Part shown: in pieces, positions 44,438-52,685 of the stretch
Numbering within the stretch: the stretch's first letter is position 1
How the letters are laid out: every line of letters starts with the position of its first letter
Virus record (IMG/VR): IMGVR_UViG_3300048592_001369
Span: 1 to 53,375 of that record
DNA length: 53,375 nt
Source: a virus
Lineage: Duplodnaviria > Caudoviricetes
Direction: 5' to 3' (one strand)
Position numbers and translations under genes: made by a program
The notes under the pieces: model-generated
Databases searched by the model: none
Told to the model about the DNA's origin: nothing
Seen by the model: the letters and a program-made list of their open reading frames with translations, nothing else

Positions 44438-47130
44438 CGAGACACGTGGTGGCCCTGCTCGTTGTCGCGGCATCGGTGGCGACGGCTCAAGAGTCGAGCA
44501 CGCCCGGCGCCGCCTTCTCGGTGAGTGGGGTCGCGGCACCGATCTGCCGAATCGGAGCCGCAGAGGGAGTCGCGAGACAACTCCGCGGTGTCGGTGCGCC
44601 ACCGGGGATTTGCGGCGAAGCGCGAGACGGCGCGATGGTCTCGGTGATCGACGCCGCGTCGAAGGGAGACTGTGAGATCGGCGGAGGGTCGGTCGTCACA
44701 TCCTGCCAGTACGATGCGGATCTCCCGGGGCCGAATCGCTGGACGCCGCTCGTGGGGCCGACCGCCGGAGCGACGGGATTCGACACGCTCGTGGACGGCA
44801 CGGTCGTAAACCGAACGGGACTCCGCGTGGGCTCGGGAAGCCAGCTCCGACCGATCGCCACGGGGGTAATCGAGGCGACCGAGCAGAAGTACACGCCGGC
44901 CACTGCGGCCGACTGGCCCGGCGCGACGTGGCTGCCCACGGGCCAGGTGGCGCAGGCGCTCGACGAGCTCGCGAGCTGGGGCCGGTACTACCTCGGCCTC
45001 TACGACCAGGTCGTGGACGTGACGGGGGACGCCGATGCTTGTGCCACGATTCAGCGGCTCGCCATCCACCCGGTGCTCTCGGGTCCGGCGAAGACCTACC
45101 GCGTGTGGGTGCGAGGCACGCAGCGAAACGTGGCCTCGCTCAAGGAGTACGCGAACCATCGCGCGTGCATCGTCTTCGCCGCCTCCTCGGCCTACGACGC
45201 GAACGGGTATCCCGACGAGGCCGCCTTCCAGATCCTCAGTGACCGGAAGGTTTACCTCGACACCTACGGCCTCGATATCGGCGTCACTCAGTCGGGGCAG
45301 ACGAAGACGACGGTGGTCTTCCAGGCCGGCGGAACGCCCTCGTCGTGGTTCTCCGAGTTCCTCGGGGTCGTCTCGACCGTGCTCCACATGCGGGGGCACC
45401 CCACCTTCTCGTGCGACGGGACGGCCCCCGCTGGGTGGGAGGACAGTCGCCTCAACTCGATGAGCGGCTCGGGGCGGCTTTTTTCCGGGGGGCAGTGGGC
45501 TTCGACCTCGTGTATCGGGCTGCTCGAGAGCAACCACAAGCGGGCCGATTGGACCGACTTCCATCCGCACTTGACGAGCTCGAAGGCGAACAAGGCGAAC
45601 GTCGGCTGGGTCGCCGTGAACTCGTGGATCGTCGACCGCGGGCGGTTCTCGGTCACGGGCTTCCATACCGCCGCGCAGGTCTTTGGCAACGTGATCGGCT
45701 CGGTCACGATCCGAGCCGAGGGAGTCGGGTTTGGTCTGGTCTGCGGGGATCGACACGGCAACCGGTGCTGGGGGTTGCACGTGCGGGGGGCGCAGCTCGA
45801 AGGGGCACGGTTCTCGGAGCTCGTCGCGACCAATCCGACCGACGTGACGATCGACGGCGTGCACATCGAGTCCGAGGGGGTCTTCAGCTCGAGCGATCCC
45901 CACCACAAGGCCGCGCACGTGCTGATCGGAGCCGGGTTCGGCGAGGCCGCCGATGGCTATCGCCCGTGCTACCGGGACGAGGACCTCCCGAGCGGCGGGT
46001 CGTGCAGCTGCGCGGTGCCCGAGGCCGACCGGCGGATCGAGATCCGCTTCGTCGGGTCGACGCTACCCGGCGATCGCGGCTTTAAGAGCTTCGAGCTCGG
46101 GAACTACAGCAACCGGTCGAGCTTCGCGACGTGCGCGAGCCAGGGGAACAACACCGTCGCCTTCTCGGGCGGCGAATCGGCCACGTCGAAGAAGTTCGAC
46201 GATGCGTACTACGGCACGGATCGCATGCTGGTGGAGATGACGGGGAATCTCCTGGATCAGCCGGACGTGGGCGACACGGTGACCTGTGCCACGGCGACGG
46301 CAGAGGTCGTCGGCTATGGCGCGCTCCCGGCGGGCGTCGCCCTCGGCCCGTGCACGGTGATGAGCGACACGTACAAGAACAACCGGCTTTCCTCGAGCGT
46401 GTCGTTCACGGCGTCGGACCCGGGCTACACGTCGATGGCCGACGCCGAGGACCGGGACGCCCGCACGACGAGCGTGCTCTTCGTCTCGCACCCGGACGCC
46501 GCGATCCCGGTGGTCTTCGAATCGACGGCGATCCCCGCGTCCCAGGGCCCTCCGGTGCGATACCCGAGGAGCCTCGTCTCGGGATCAATGCTCCCGGCCT
46601 GGGAGACGCTGCGGGTCCCGATCGGCGCCTGCGACGGCACCGCGGTCGTGGGCAGCAACTTCTCCTCGGCAACCGGCATCGGTCCGACGCGCACGTGTTC
46701 GAGCGGGGCGTACAACTCGGTCCCCATGCTCTCGTTTCCGGACGGAGCGACACGCTACGCGAAGGTCGTCGTCCCCTGGCCGAACGAGATCGCGGCCTAC
46801 AACACGGAGACCGTCGACGCGGTCCTCTACTGGAAGTCGGAGGAGTCCTCGGGCGAGGCGCGGCTCGGCGTATTCCTCGACTGCGTGGGGCCGGGCGACG
46901 CACTCGATCGGGCGAACGGGAACCTGTACGCGCAGAACGTCGCGCCGAGCGCGACGCCGGGCCGTCTCGTTCGCACGGTGCTCACGCAGGCTGGCGTCGG
47001 AAACGGATGCAGCGATGGCGAGCTCTTCTATCTCGGCGTCGTCCGCTACGGGGGCGATGGCGCGGACACGCTCGCGGGGAGCGCCGAGGTGGTGGCCGTC
47101 GAGATCGCCTACCCGAGGTGGGCGCGGTGA
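44434..47130 (+). CDS. Second Cys-rich secreted fibre/tailspike-like protein (~898 aa), N-domain paralogous to the previous gene
   Basis: MTRHVVALLVVAASVATA-QE signal; shared ICRIG..C..DC..CQYDA domain; QVAQALDELA; beta-helix-like DVTIDGVHIE. Confidence 0.72.
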   Translation: MTRHVVALLVVAASVATAQESSTPGAAFSVSGVAAPICRIGAAEGVARQLRGVGAPPGICGEARDGAMVSVIDAASKGDCEIGGGSVVTSCQYDADLPGPNRWTPLVGPTAGATGFDTLVDGTVVNRTGLRVGSGSQLRPIATGVIEATEQKYTPATAADWPGATWLPTGQVAQALDELASWGRYYLGLYDQVVDVTGDADACATIQRLAIHPVLSGPAKTYRVWVRGTQRNVASLKEYANHRACIVFAASSAYDANGYPDEAAFQILSDRKVYLDTYGLDIGVTQSGQTKTTVVFQAGGTPSSWFSEFLGVVSTVLHMRGHPTFSCDGTAPAGWEDSRLNSMSGSGRLFSGGQWASTSCIGLLESNHKRADWTDFHPHLTSSKANKANVGWVAVNSWIVDRGRFSVTGFHTAAQVFGNVIGSVTIRAEGVGFGLVCGDRHGNRCWGLHVRGAQLEGARFSELVATNPTDVTIDGVHIESEGVFSSSDPHHKAAHVLIGAGFGEAADGYRPCYRDEDLPSGGSCSCAVPEADRRIEIRFVGSTLPGDRGFKSFELGNYSNRSSFATCASQGNNTVAFSGGESATSKKFDDAYYGTDRMLVEMTGNLLDQPDVGDTVTCATATAEVVGYGALPAGVALGPCTVMSDTYKNNRLSSSVSFTASDPGYTSMADAEDRDARTTSVLFVSHPDAAIPVVFESTAIPASQGPPVRYPRSLVSGSMLPAWETLRVPIGACDGTAVVGSNFSSATGIGPTRTCSSGAYNSVPMLSFPDGATRYAKVVVPWPNEIAAYNTETVDAVLYWKSEESSGEARLGVFLDCVGPGDALDRANGNLYAQNVAPSATPGRLVRTVLTQAGVGNGCSDGELFYLGVVRYGGDGADTLAGSAEVVAVEIAYPRWAR

Positions 47131-48380
47131 GATGGCGAGCGGTGGTCTTGGTCCTTCTCGTTGCGATGCGCGCCGAGGCCGAGTCGTTTTGCTCATGCGC
47201 GACGGACTCCGGGACCTCGGTCGGTGCCTTCAAGAACTCCGAATGCGCATCGCTCGGGGTGCCAAGGTTCTCCGGCGAGCTCGACTGCGACGACGCCGAG
47301 GCGGCGGAATACGGGGCGCTAAGCGGCGCGGGCTCGCTCACCGATGTGAACGGCTTCGGGTGTCGAGGCGCCGGGTCGCTCCTCGCGCAGCGCTACGGGG
47401 CCACGGCCGCCGGCTGCGGATGGGCGGCCGGAGAGCCTGCGTCTCCGACCTACGGCGCCGCGTGTCCAAATCCGGCAGGAGTCTGCGGCGGCGAGTGCGA
47501 GCCCGCGGTCTGGCTCGCCGGGAACCCGCTCCAAGCCCCGGGAAACTTTTGCCTCGCGATGCTCTCCGGGGCAGGCGATGCGGCGGCCATCTTCGGCGGT
47601 GCGAGCGAGCCAAGTGCAGCGCTCGCCGGGAGCCGGAGCCTCGTGCTCGTCGTGCAGGCGGGGCAGACGAACGGCCTCTGGGCGAGTGGATCCGCGCCGC
47701 TCGCCTTCGAGACGCACACGTTCGCGATCTCGAAGCTCGTGGCTTTCCCCGCGAACATCGAGAGCTCCGGCGTGCTCGCGCATCCGTGGAAAGGCGATCA
47801 GTGCGGAGACTCGAACCACTGCACCGATACCTGGCTCGGGCTCGACTCCGGGGCCTCGCTCAGCCACTTCCCGTTCGTTGGCACGTCGATCTACACGCTC
47901 GACAACTGCGAGGCCGCGCGCACGGGCGCGACCTACGTCGTTGGCTCGGCCGCCTCGCTCGCGTGCAACGGATCACAGATCCGCCTGGTGGCGCCGTCCA
48001 ACTACACGCGATCGACCGATTGGCCGTTCGGGGCAGAGGGCCTCGTGCAGGTCGCGTACAAGGGATTCGGTACGGCGTCGATGGAGTGGATCGTGCTCTT
48101 CACGCCGGCCGGCGGAGCGCGCAAGACGCTTTTCCACGCCACGGGATTCGATGCACGCGGGGCGAGTCCACCGAGCCCCTACAACCCGAACGCCTACGCG
48201 AACGCGAATCAGGGCGGCGGAGAAACGCCGACAACAGTCGATACGGGGCGCGTCGTCGACAACCTGCTCATCCAATCGTGGACCGCGGGGCAAGAGCCGG
48301 CCGACGTGGTGGCGGCGATGCCGACGGCGAGTCAGATGGAGCTCGGCGCCGCGTCGGTGCCGACGCTCTGTTGCCGATGA
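47127..48380 (+). CDS. Secreted Cys-rich protein (~417 aa)
   Basis: MRWRAVVLVLLVAMRAEA-ES signal; many Cys; GTGA coupling. Confidence 0.7.
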   Translation: MRWRAVVLVLLVAMRAEAESFCSCATDSGTSVGAFKNSECASLGVPRFSGELDCDDAEAAEYGALSGAGSLTDVNGFGCRGAGSLLAQRYGATAAGCGWAAGEPASPTYGAACPNPAGVCGGECEPAVWLAGNPLQAPGNFCLAMLSGAGDAAAIFGGASEPSAALAGSRSLVLVVQAGQTNGLWASGSAPLAFETHTFAISKLVAFPANIESSGVLAHPWKGDQCGDSNHCTDTWLGLDSGASLSHFPFVGTSIYTLDNCEAARTGATYVVGSAASLACNGSQIRLVAPSNYTRSTDWPFGAEGLVQVAYKGFGTASMEWIVLFTPAGGARKTLFHATGFDARGASPPSPYNPNAYANANQGGGETPTTVDTGRVVDNLLIQSWTAGQEPADVVAAMPTASQMELGAASVPTLCCR

Positions 48381-48393
48381 GGGGGAGGGCGAC

Positions 48394-48753
48394 GTGTCGG
48401 CATTCGCGCAGTGGCTCCTCGACCACCTCGAGGGGGCCGTGGCGCTAGCCGGTGGCGCCGCAGGGGTGCTCGCTCTGGTGGGCCGGAGGATCCGCGCCGC
48501 ACTCCGCGCGCGACGCGACGGCGAACGCGCCAAGCTCCTCACGGCGATCGAGTCCGTGACGCGGCAGATCGACGAGGCCGAGACGCGCCACGACGAGCGG
48601 CACCGCCGCGTGACGGCACGGCTCGAGGACCTCGGGCGCGACGTGAAGCGGGTCGATGCACGCACCCACCGCCTGGTGGCGAGCGTCTCCCACATCAAGG
48701 GGCGACTCGGCCTGCCCAATGGCGATCACCTCGCCGAGCACCCGAGTGAATGA
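48394..48753 (+). CDS. Single-TM coiled-coil protein (holin/antiholin candidate)
   Basis: GAVALAGGAAGVLALVG, then coiled coil ending VSHIKGRL; just before the endolysin. Confidence 0.55.
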   Translation: MSAFAQWLLDHLEGAVALAGGAAGVLALVGRRIRAALRARRDGERAKLLTAIESVTRQIDEAETRHDERHRRVTARLEDLGRDVKRVDARTHRLVASVSHIKGRLGLPNGDHLAEHPSE

Positions 48754-48763
48754 GGAGGGCTCC

Positions 48764-49138
48764 ATGTCCCCGGCGTCACCGCTCGAGCCGCAGCTCCGGC
48801 TCCTCGAGCGTCAATTCCTCTTCGCACGGCTCCTGGCTCGGCTCCTCGACCGTGCTCACGAGCTCGGCTTCGACGTGACGCTCGGGGAGGCATGGCGCTC
48901 GCTCGAGACAGCGCGCGTTCTCGCGGCTCAGGGCAAGGGTTCGGCGAACACACTGCACGCGGTCCGGCTCGCCGTCGACCTGAACCTCTTCCGCGGTGGC
49001 CACTACTGCCGCGAGACCGAGGATCACCGCCCGCTCGGCGAGTGGTGGGAGAGCCAACACGAGCTCTGCGCCTGGGGAGGGCGCTTCTCGCGGCCCGACG
49101 GCAATCACTACTCCCTGCGCTGGGACGGTCGGGCGTAG
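48764..49138 (+). CDS. Endolysin, peptidase M15 family
   Basis: TLGEAWRS, LHAVRLAVDLNLF, WGGRF, DGNHYSL (His/Asp/His Zn ligands). Confidence 0.92.
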   Translation: MSPASPLEPQLRLLERQFLFARLLARLLDRAHELGFDVTLGEAWRSLETARVLAAQGKGSANTLHAVRLAVDLNLFRGGHYCRETEDHRPLGEWWESQHELCAWGGRFSRPDGNHYSLRWDGRA

Positions 49139-49190
49139 CCTCAAGGCCCAGCATCCACCCGCGCGCTGCGGCGCGCAGAAGGAGCACTGC

Positions 49191-49787
49191 ATGAGCAGCT
49201 CGCAAGCCGGGGGGACTCCCCCGGACGGGACGGGACCGTCCGAAATCACGGGCGCGATGGCGTGGGTCTGGGTCCGGCGCCTCGTGGCCGTCGCGATCGC
49301 CTACGGAGCTGGGTGGCTCACCACTCACACGGGGTTCACGGTCGACCTCGAAACGCAGGCCGCGGTCTCGGGCCTCGTGCTCCTCGGGATCTGGATCGGC
49401 TACGCGCGTGCGAAGCGTGCCGGGTGGCTCGGCGCGCTGGCGATCCTGGCGACGGTGCACCTCGCGTGCGCGGGATCGTGGACGGGCAGCGAAGCCGGGT
49501 CGTCGCCGAGCCTCTCGCAGCGCCAGTCCTACCAGGTGGCATGGTTCACGTACGCGATCCTGCGCTCGGGAGCACTCGCGTACTGCGGGCTTCCAGGCAA
49601 CGCCGAGACGTCGACGTGTGTCGAGGTCGAGGCCGCGATTCGTGTCGCGGACGCTGCGATCGAGGCCACGCGCCTTCTCGCCGCGGACGGGACCGCCGTC
49701 TCGCCGACGGTCGCCTACGCGGAGGGCCAGCGAGTGCTCGAGGGGGCGGTGCCCGTCCTCGAGCGCGCGCAGGCCGCCGCGCCGTGA
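49191..49787 (+). CDS. Holin-like 2-TM domain fused to a lipoprotein-like helical domain
   Basis: Two TMs, then KRAGWLGALAILATVHLAC and a YCGLP...C domain; AAGGAG RBS. Confidence 0.55.
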   Translation: MSSSQAGGTPPDGTGPSEITGAMAWVWVRRLVAVAIAYGAGWLTTHTGFTVDLETQAAVSGLVLLGIWIGYARAKRAGWLGALAILATVHLACAGSWTGSEAGSSPSLSQRQSYQVAWFTYAILRSGALAYCGLPGNAETSTCVEVEAAIRVADAAIEATRLLAADGTAVSPTVAYAEGQRVLEGAVPVLERAQAAAP

Positions 49788-50074
49788 AGGCGATCACGGT
49801 GGCCGCCGAGGCCGAGTCCGACGGCATGCCTCCGGGAGCGCTGCAGCCCATCGAGCGCGAGGGGCGGATCGCGATGCTCGCCGTCGCGTGCCCCGGCTGT
49901 GGGTCGATCTCGGCCATCGACATTCGGCCCCACGGAGTGCCGGGGCGGGCGGCGTGGGATCTTCTCGGATGGCCGGGTTCGCCGAGCCTTCAGCCGAGTC
50001 TCCACCACGCGCGCGATCTCGGAGGCTGCGGCTGGCACGGCTGGCTCGAGCAGGGCGAATGGCGCGCCGTGTAG
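49784..50074 (+). CDS. DUF6527-like Cys/His protein
   Basis: CPGCG...W...PSLQPSL...CGWHGWLEQGEW. Confidence 0.65.
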   Translation: MKAITVAAEAESDGMPPGALQPIEREGRIAMLAVACPGCGSISAIDIRPHGVPGRAAWDLLGWPGSPSLQPSLHHARDLGGCGWHGWLEQGEWRAV

Positions 50075-50331
50075 TCCCGGGTGCCGTGCTGGCGATCGTG
50101 CTCGGATCGGGCGCCGGGTGCGCGGGGCTCGTGACCGACCACGAAGGGCGCGGTGCCGCTTTCGCGGTGGGCGACGCGCGCGTCGAATGGTGCCCACGGA
50201 CCGAGTACGCGTGCGAGCCCAATCCCCCGTGTTCGCTCGTCAAGGGCGGGACCCTGTCGTCGAACTTCGGCGACGTGCTCGCGGCGGCCGCCGCTGCGTT
50301 CGCGGCATGGTTCGGTGGTGGGATCCTATGA
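50059..50331 (+). CDS. Lipoprotein with C-terminal hydrophobic helix (unimolecular spanin candidate)
   Basis: MARRVVPGAVLAIVLGSGAGC lipobox-like; C-terminal VLAAAAAAFAAWFGGGIL. Confidence 0.5.
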   Translation: MARRVVPGAVLAIVLGSGAGCAGLVTDHEGRGAAFAVGDARVEWCPRTEYACEPNPPCSLVKGGTLSSNFGDVLAAAAAAFAAWFGGGIL

Positions 50332-50618
50332 GGATCACGCTCACTGACCTCCTCGTGAGGCGCGGGCAATCCGACTCCGTCCTCCGCGAGCTCGTCGAGC
50401 GCGAGCTCCGCCGCAAGCGCTGGTCTCGGGTCTACTGGGCGCGCCCCGAGAACGCAGCACGCGCACGCGCGGGCCGAACCACGCCCGAGGCGAAGGCGCG
50501 AGCACGGGAGTACGCCAAGCGTCCCGAGGTCGTCGCCGCGCGCCGCGAGTACGAGAGCGCGCCCGAGACGCGCGAGAAGCGACGCCTCCGGGCGCAGGAG
50601 AGGAGGGCCGCACGATGA
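50328..50618 (+). CDS. Basic helical hypothetical protein
   Basis: ATGA-coupled both sides; Arg/Glu-rich repeats PE...REY. Confidence 0.5.
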   Translation: MRITLTDLLVRRGQSDSVLRELVERELRRKRWSRVYWARPENAARARAGRTTPEAKARAREYAKRPEVVAARREYESAPETREKRRLRAQERRAAR

Positions 50619-51250
50619 GACAGGCTCGAGTGATTCTCGCGATCCTGCTGGGGGCGCTCGCGGCAAGTGGTGCCCACGCCGAGGAGTGCCACGCGAAGAC
50701 GGCCATTTGGCCGGAGGCCTCGGGGCCCGTGGCGGGCTACGAGGTCGAGGTCTCGCGCGACGGCGGTGCGTTTGCGCCGGCCGGCGATGCGGCGGCCACG
50801 ACGGCGACGATCGAGGCCTCGGTCGGCCAGGTCGTGCGGGTGAGGGTGCGAGCCTTCGCGACGGATGCGACGCCCCGGCGCACGGGGCCGTGGTCCCCCG
50901 AGAGCGAGGCCGTCGTCTTCTGCCCTCCGCTCGGCGCGCCCGGTGCTCCGACGTGGAGTGCCGGCGAATCGGCCGTCTTACTGACCGAGCCCTCGCAGGA
51001 TTCCGCTGGGACGCCGCTCTCCGCCGCGAACCCACTCTGGGCGTGTGTCGCGTGGTCGCCCGGCGAGCCCGCGGACTGGAGGCGGCCGACGTCGAGTGCA
51101 GGCGGGGGGACGCACGTGGTGGCCTATCCCACGCTCGTCGCCGATCTCCCGCGGCGCTACGTCGCGCGCTGCATCTTCGCTGCCGGATGGGGGCCCGAGG
51201 CGACGGCCGTGGCTTCCGTCGCGTTCGCGCCAGACGCGGCCGGGCCGTGA
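50615..51250 (+). CDS. Secreted protein with FN3-like beta domains
   Basis: Signal MRQARVILAILLGALAASGAHA; GPVAGYEVEVSRDGG...VRVRAF...GPWSPES. Confidence 0.7.
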   Translation: MRQARVILAILLGALAASGAHAEECHAKTAIWPEASGPVAGYEVEVSRDGGAFAPAGDAAATTATIEASVGQVVRVRVRAFATDATPRRTGPWSPESEAVVFCPPLGAPGAPTWSAGESAVLLTEPSQDSAGTPLSAANPLWACVAWSPGEPADWRRPTSSAGGGTHVVAYPTLVADLPRRYVARCIFAAGWGPEATAVASVAFAPDAAGP

Positions 51251-51342
51251 CCCCGCGCACCTTCGCGGCCGCTCTCCTCGCAGCCGCGTGTCTTCTGGCG
51301 CTCACCGCGCTCGTTGCTCTCGCCCTCGCGTCGCTCGGATAA
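51247..51342 (+). CDS. Tiny hydrophobic peptide
   Basis: GTGA-coupled; FAAALLAAACLLALTALVALALASLG. Confidence 0.35.
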   Translation: MTPRTFAAALLAAACLLALTALVALALASLG

Positions 51343-51373
51343 GGCGACCGCCAAAGCGCAGACAGGAGGTCAG

Positions 51374-51646
51374 GTGTCGACGTTCCAGCCGTTCGAGGCA
51401 GGGCAGGTTTGGCGCCCCTCGTACTACCGACCCGTGCGGCGCAACGCGCGCATCGCACCGGACGCCGACGTCTGGGACATCGCGCACGGATTCGAGCTCG
51501 ATCCGATGATCGCGATGGCGCTCAAGTACCTGCTGCGCGCGGGCAAGAAGCCCGGCGAGCCCCTCGAGAAGGACCTCACGAAGGCGCTCGAGTGCATTCA
51601 GCGTCGGCTCCTCCTCGCGCACGAGGCGAGCGAGGCCAACGAGTAG
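51374..51646 (+). CDS. DUF3310 family protein
   Basis: RPSYY...ALKYLLRAGKK...KDLTKA; AGGAGGT RBS. Confidence 0.75.
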   Translation: MSTFQPFEAGQVWRPSYYRPVRRNARIAPDADVWDIAHGFELDPMIAMALKYLLRAGKKPGEPLEKDLTKALECIQRRLLLAHEASEANE

Positions 51647-51672
51647 CCGCGCGGACGGCGAGAGGGGCGCGT

Positions 51673-52206
51673 ATGCCGGACTTCGTGGCGCCCCGAGCGG
51701 GTGACGTCCTGCTCACGGCCGACGACTCGCGCACGTCGCGCTTCATCCGCTGGTGGACCGCGTCCCGGTGGTCTCATGCCGCGCTCGTCCTCGGCGTCGT
51801 CCGAGACCCGACGCCCGGCTACCTGACGCTCGAGGTCTCCCCTCCCGCCCTGCGCCTCGTCGACGACGGCTTCTACGCCGGGCGCTGGCGGGCGCTTGTC
51901 CGCCCGCCGATCACGGAGGCGCAGGGGAGGGCCGCAGCGCGCGCCGCGACGTACCTCCTCGGCGACCCATATCCCTTGATCGCGCTCGCGGGCTACGCGC
52001 TCGTCCGTCCACTTCGCGGATGGCTTCGCCGCGCAAACGGATCGGTCTGCTCCGCGGCCATCGCCTCGCTCCTCTCCGCGCACGCTGGCATCGTCTGGCG
52101 CGACGCCGCGGGCGAGGCCCTCCATCCACGGTCCGACGTGTCCCCCGACACGATCTCCGACCAGGCCGAGCGCGAAGGATGGGCGTACGCCGAGATCGGT
52201 CCGTAG
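51673..52206 (+). CDS. Permuted papain-like NlpC/P60 amidase (YiiX/YaeF, C92-like)
   Basis: GDVLL...IRWWT.SRWSHAAL...GDPY...VCSAAI...VSPD (His before Cys). Confidence 0.8.
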   Translation: MPDFVAPRAGDVLLTADDSRTSRFIRWWTASRWSHAALVLGVVRDPTPGYLTLEVSPPALRLVDDGFYAGRWRALVRPPITEAQGRAAARAATYLLGDPYPLIALAGYALVRPLRGWLRRANGSVCSAAIASLLSAHAGIVWRDAAGEALHPRSDVSPDTISDQAEREGWAYAEIGP

Positions 52207-52329
52207 CAGCCGGGCCCCCTCGCCTGCGCGCCCGCTCTCCCCCGCCTGAAGCAGCTCGTTGAGCGTCGTCGTACTCGTTGTCGGGGATCCGAGTTTCGAC
52301 GTTGTCGATGTTCATCAAGGTCCTCAGCA

Positions 52330-52572
52330 GTGAGTCGGCATTGTGCCAACGGGCGGATTCTGTTGCCGGGACCGCCCCGGACCCCGCTTGCCCCAGGCAG
52401 CTGGGCGCTGAACCACTACGTGTGGATCGGCGTGCGGCGACCGTTGATCGTGCGGATCACGATCGGACGGCCGCAGCAGCAGCTCTTCGCGGTGCACACC
52501 ATGGCGTGGCCCTCCGCACCGGGCGGTGAGCCGCTCAACTCCGTACCCAGGCAACCCGATCTTCAGGTATGA
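52330..52572 (+). CDS. Possible hypothetical protein
   Basis: 80-aa ORF, no recognised motif, weak RBS. Confidence 0.25.
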   Translation: MSRHCANGRILLPGPPRTPLAPGSWALNHYVWIGVRRPLIVRITIGRPQQQLFAVHTMAWPSAPGGEPLNSVPRQPDLQV

Positions 52573-52643
52573 TCGAGCAGCCCGCTGCGAAGGGCAGGAG
52601 TCGTGACACCACGCCCCCGGTGGGCGTGACGTCGCGGCGCCGT

Positions 52644-52677
52644 CGGGGGGCTGGCAGCACCAACTGCTAGCCCCCCG
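52644..52677. terminator. 14-bp hairpin between convergent genes
   Basis: CGGGGGGCTGGCAG-CACCAA-CTGCTAGCCCCCCG (one G-U pair); second hairpin at 52610-52628. Confidence 0.6.
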
Positions 52678-52685
52678 GTTCTCAT

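Noticed and set aside
32919-48380. Diversity-generating retroelement or invertible tail-fibre cassette
   Set aside because: No reverse transcriptase, invertase, adenine-specific TR/VR pair or flanking inverted repeats seen; the shared N-domains are old, diverged paralogues.
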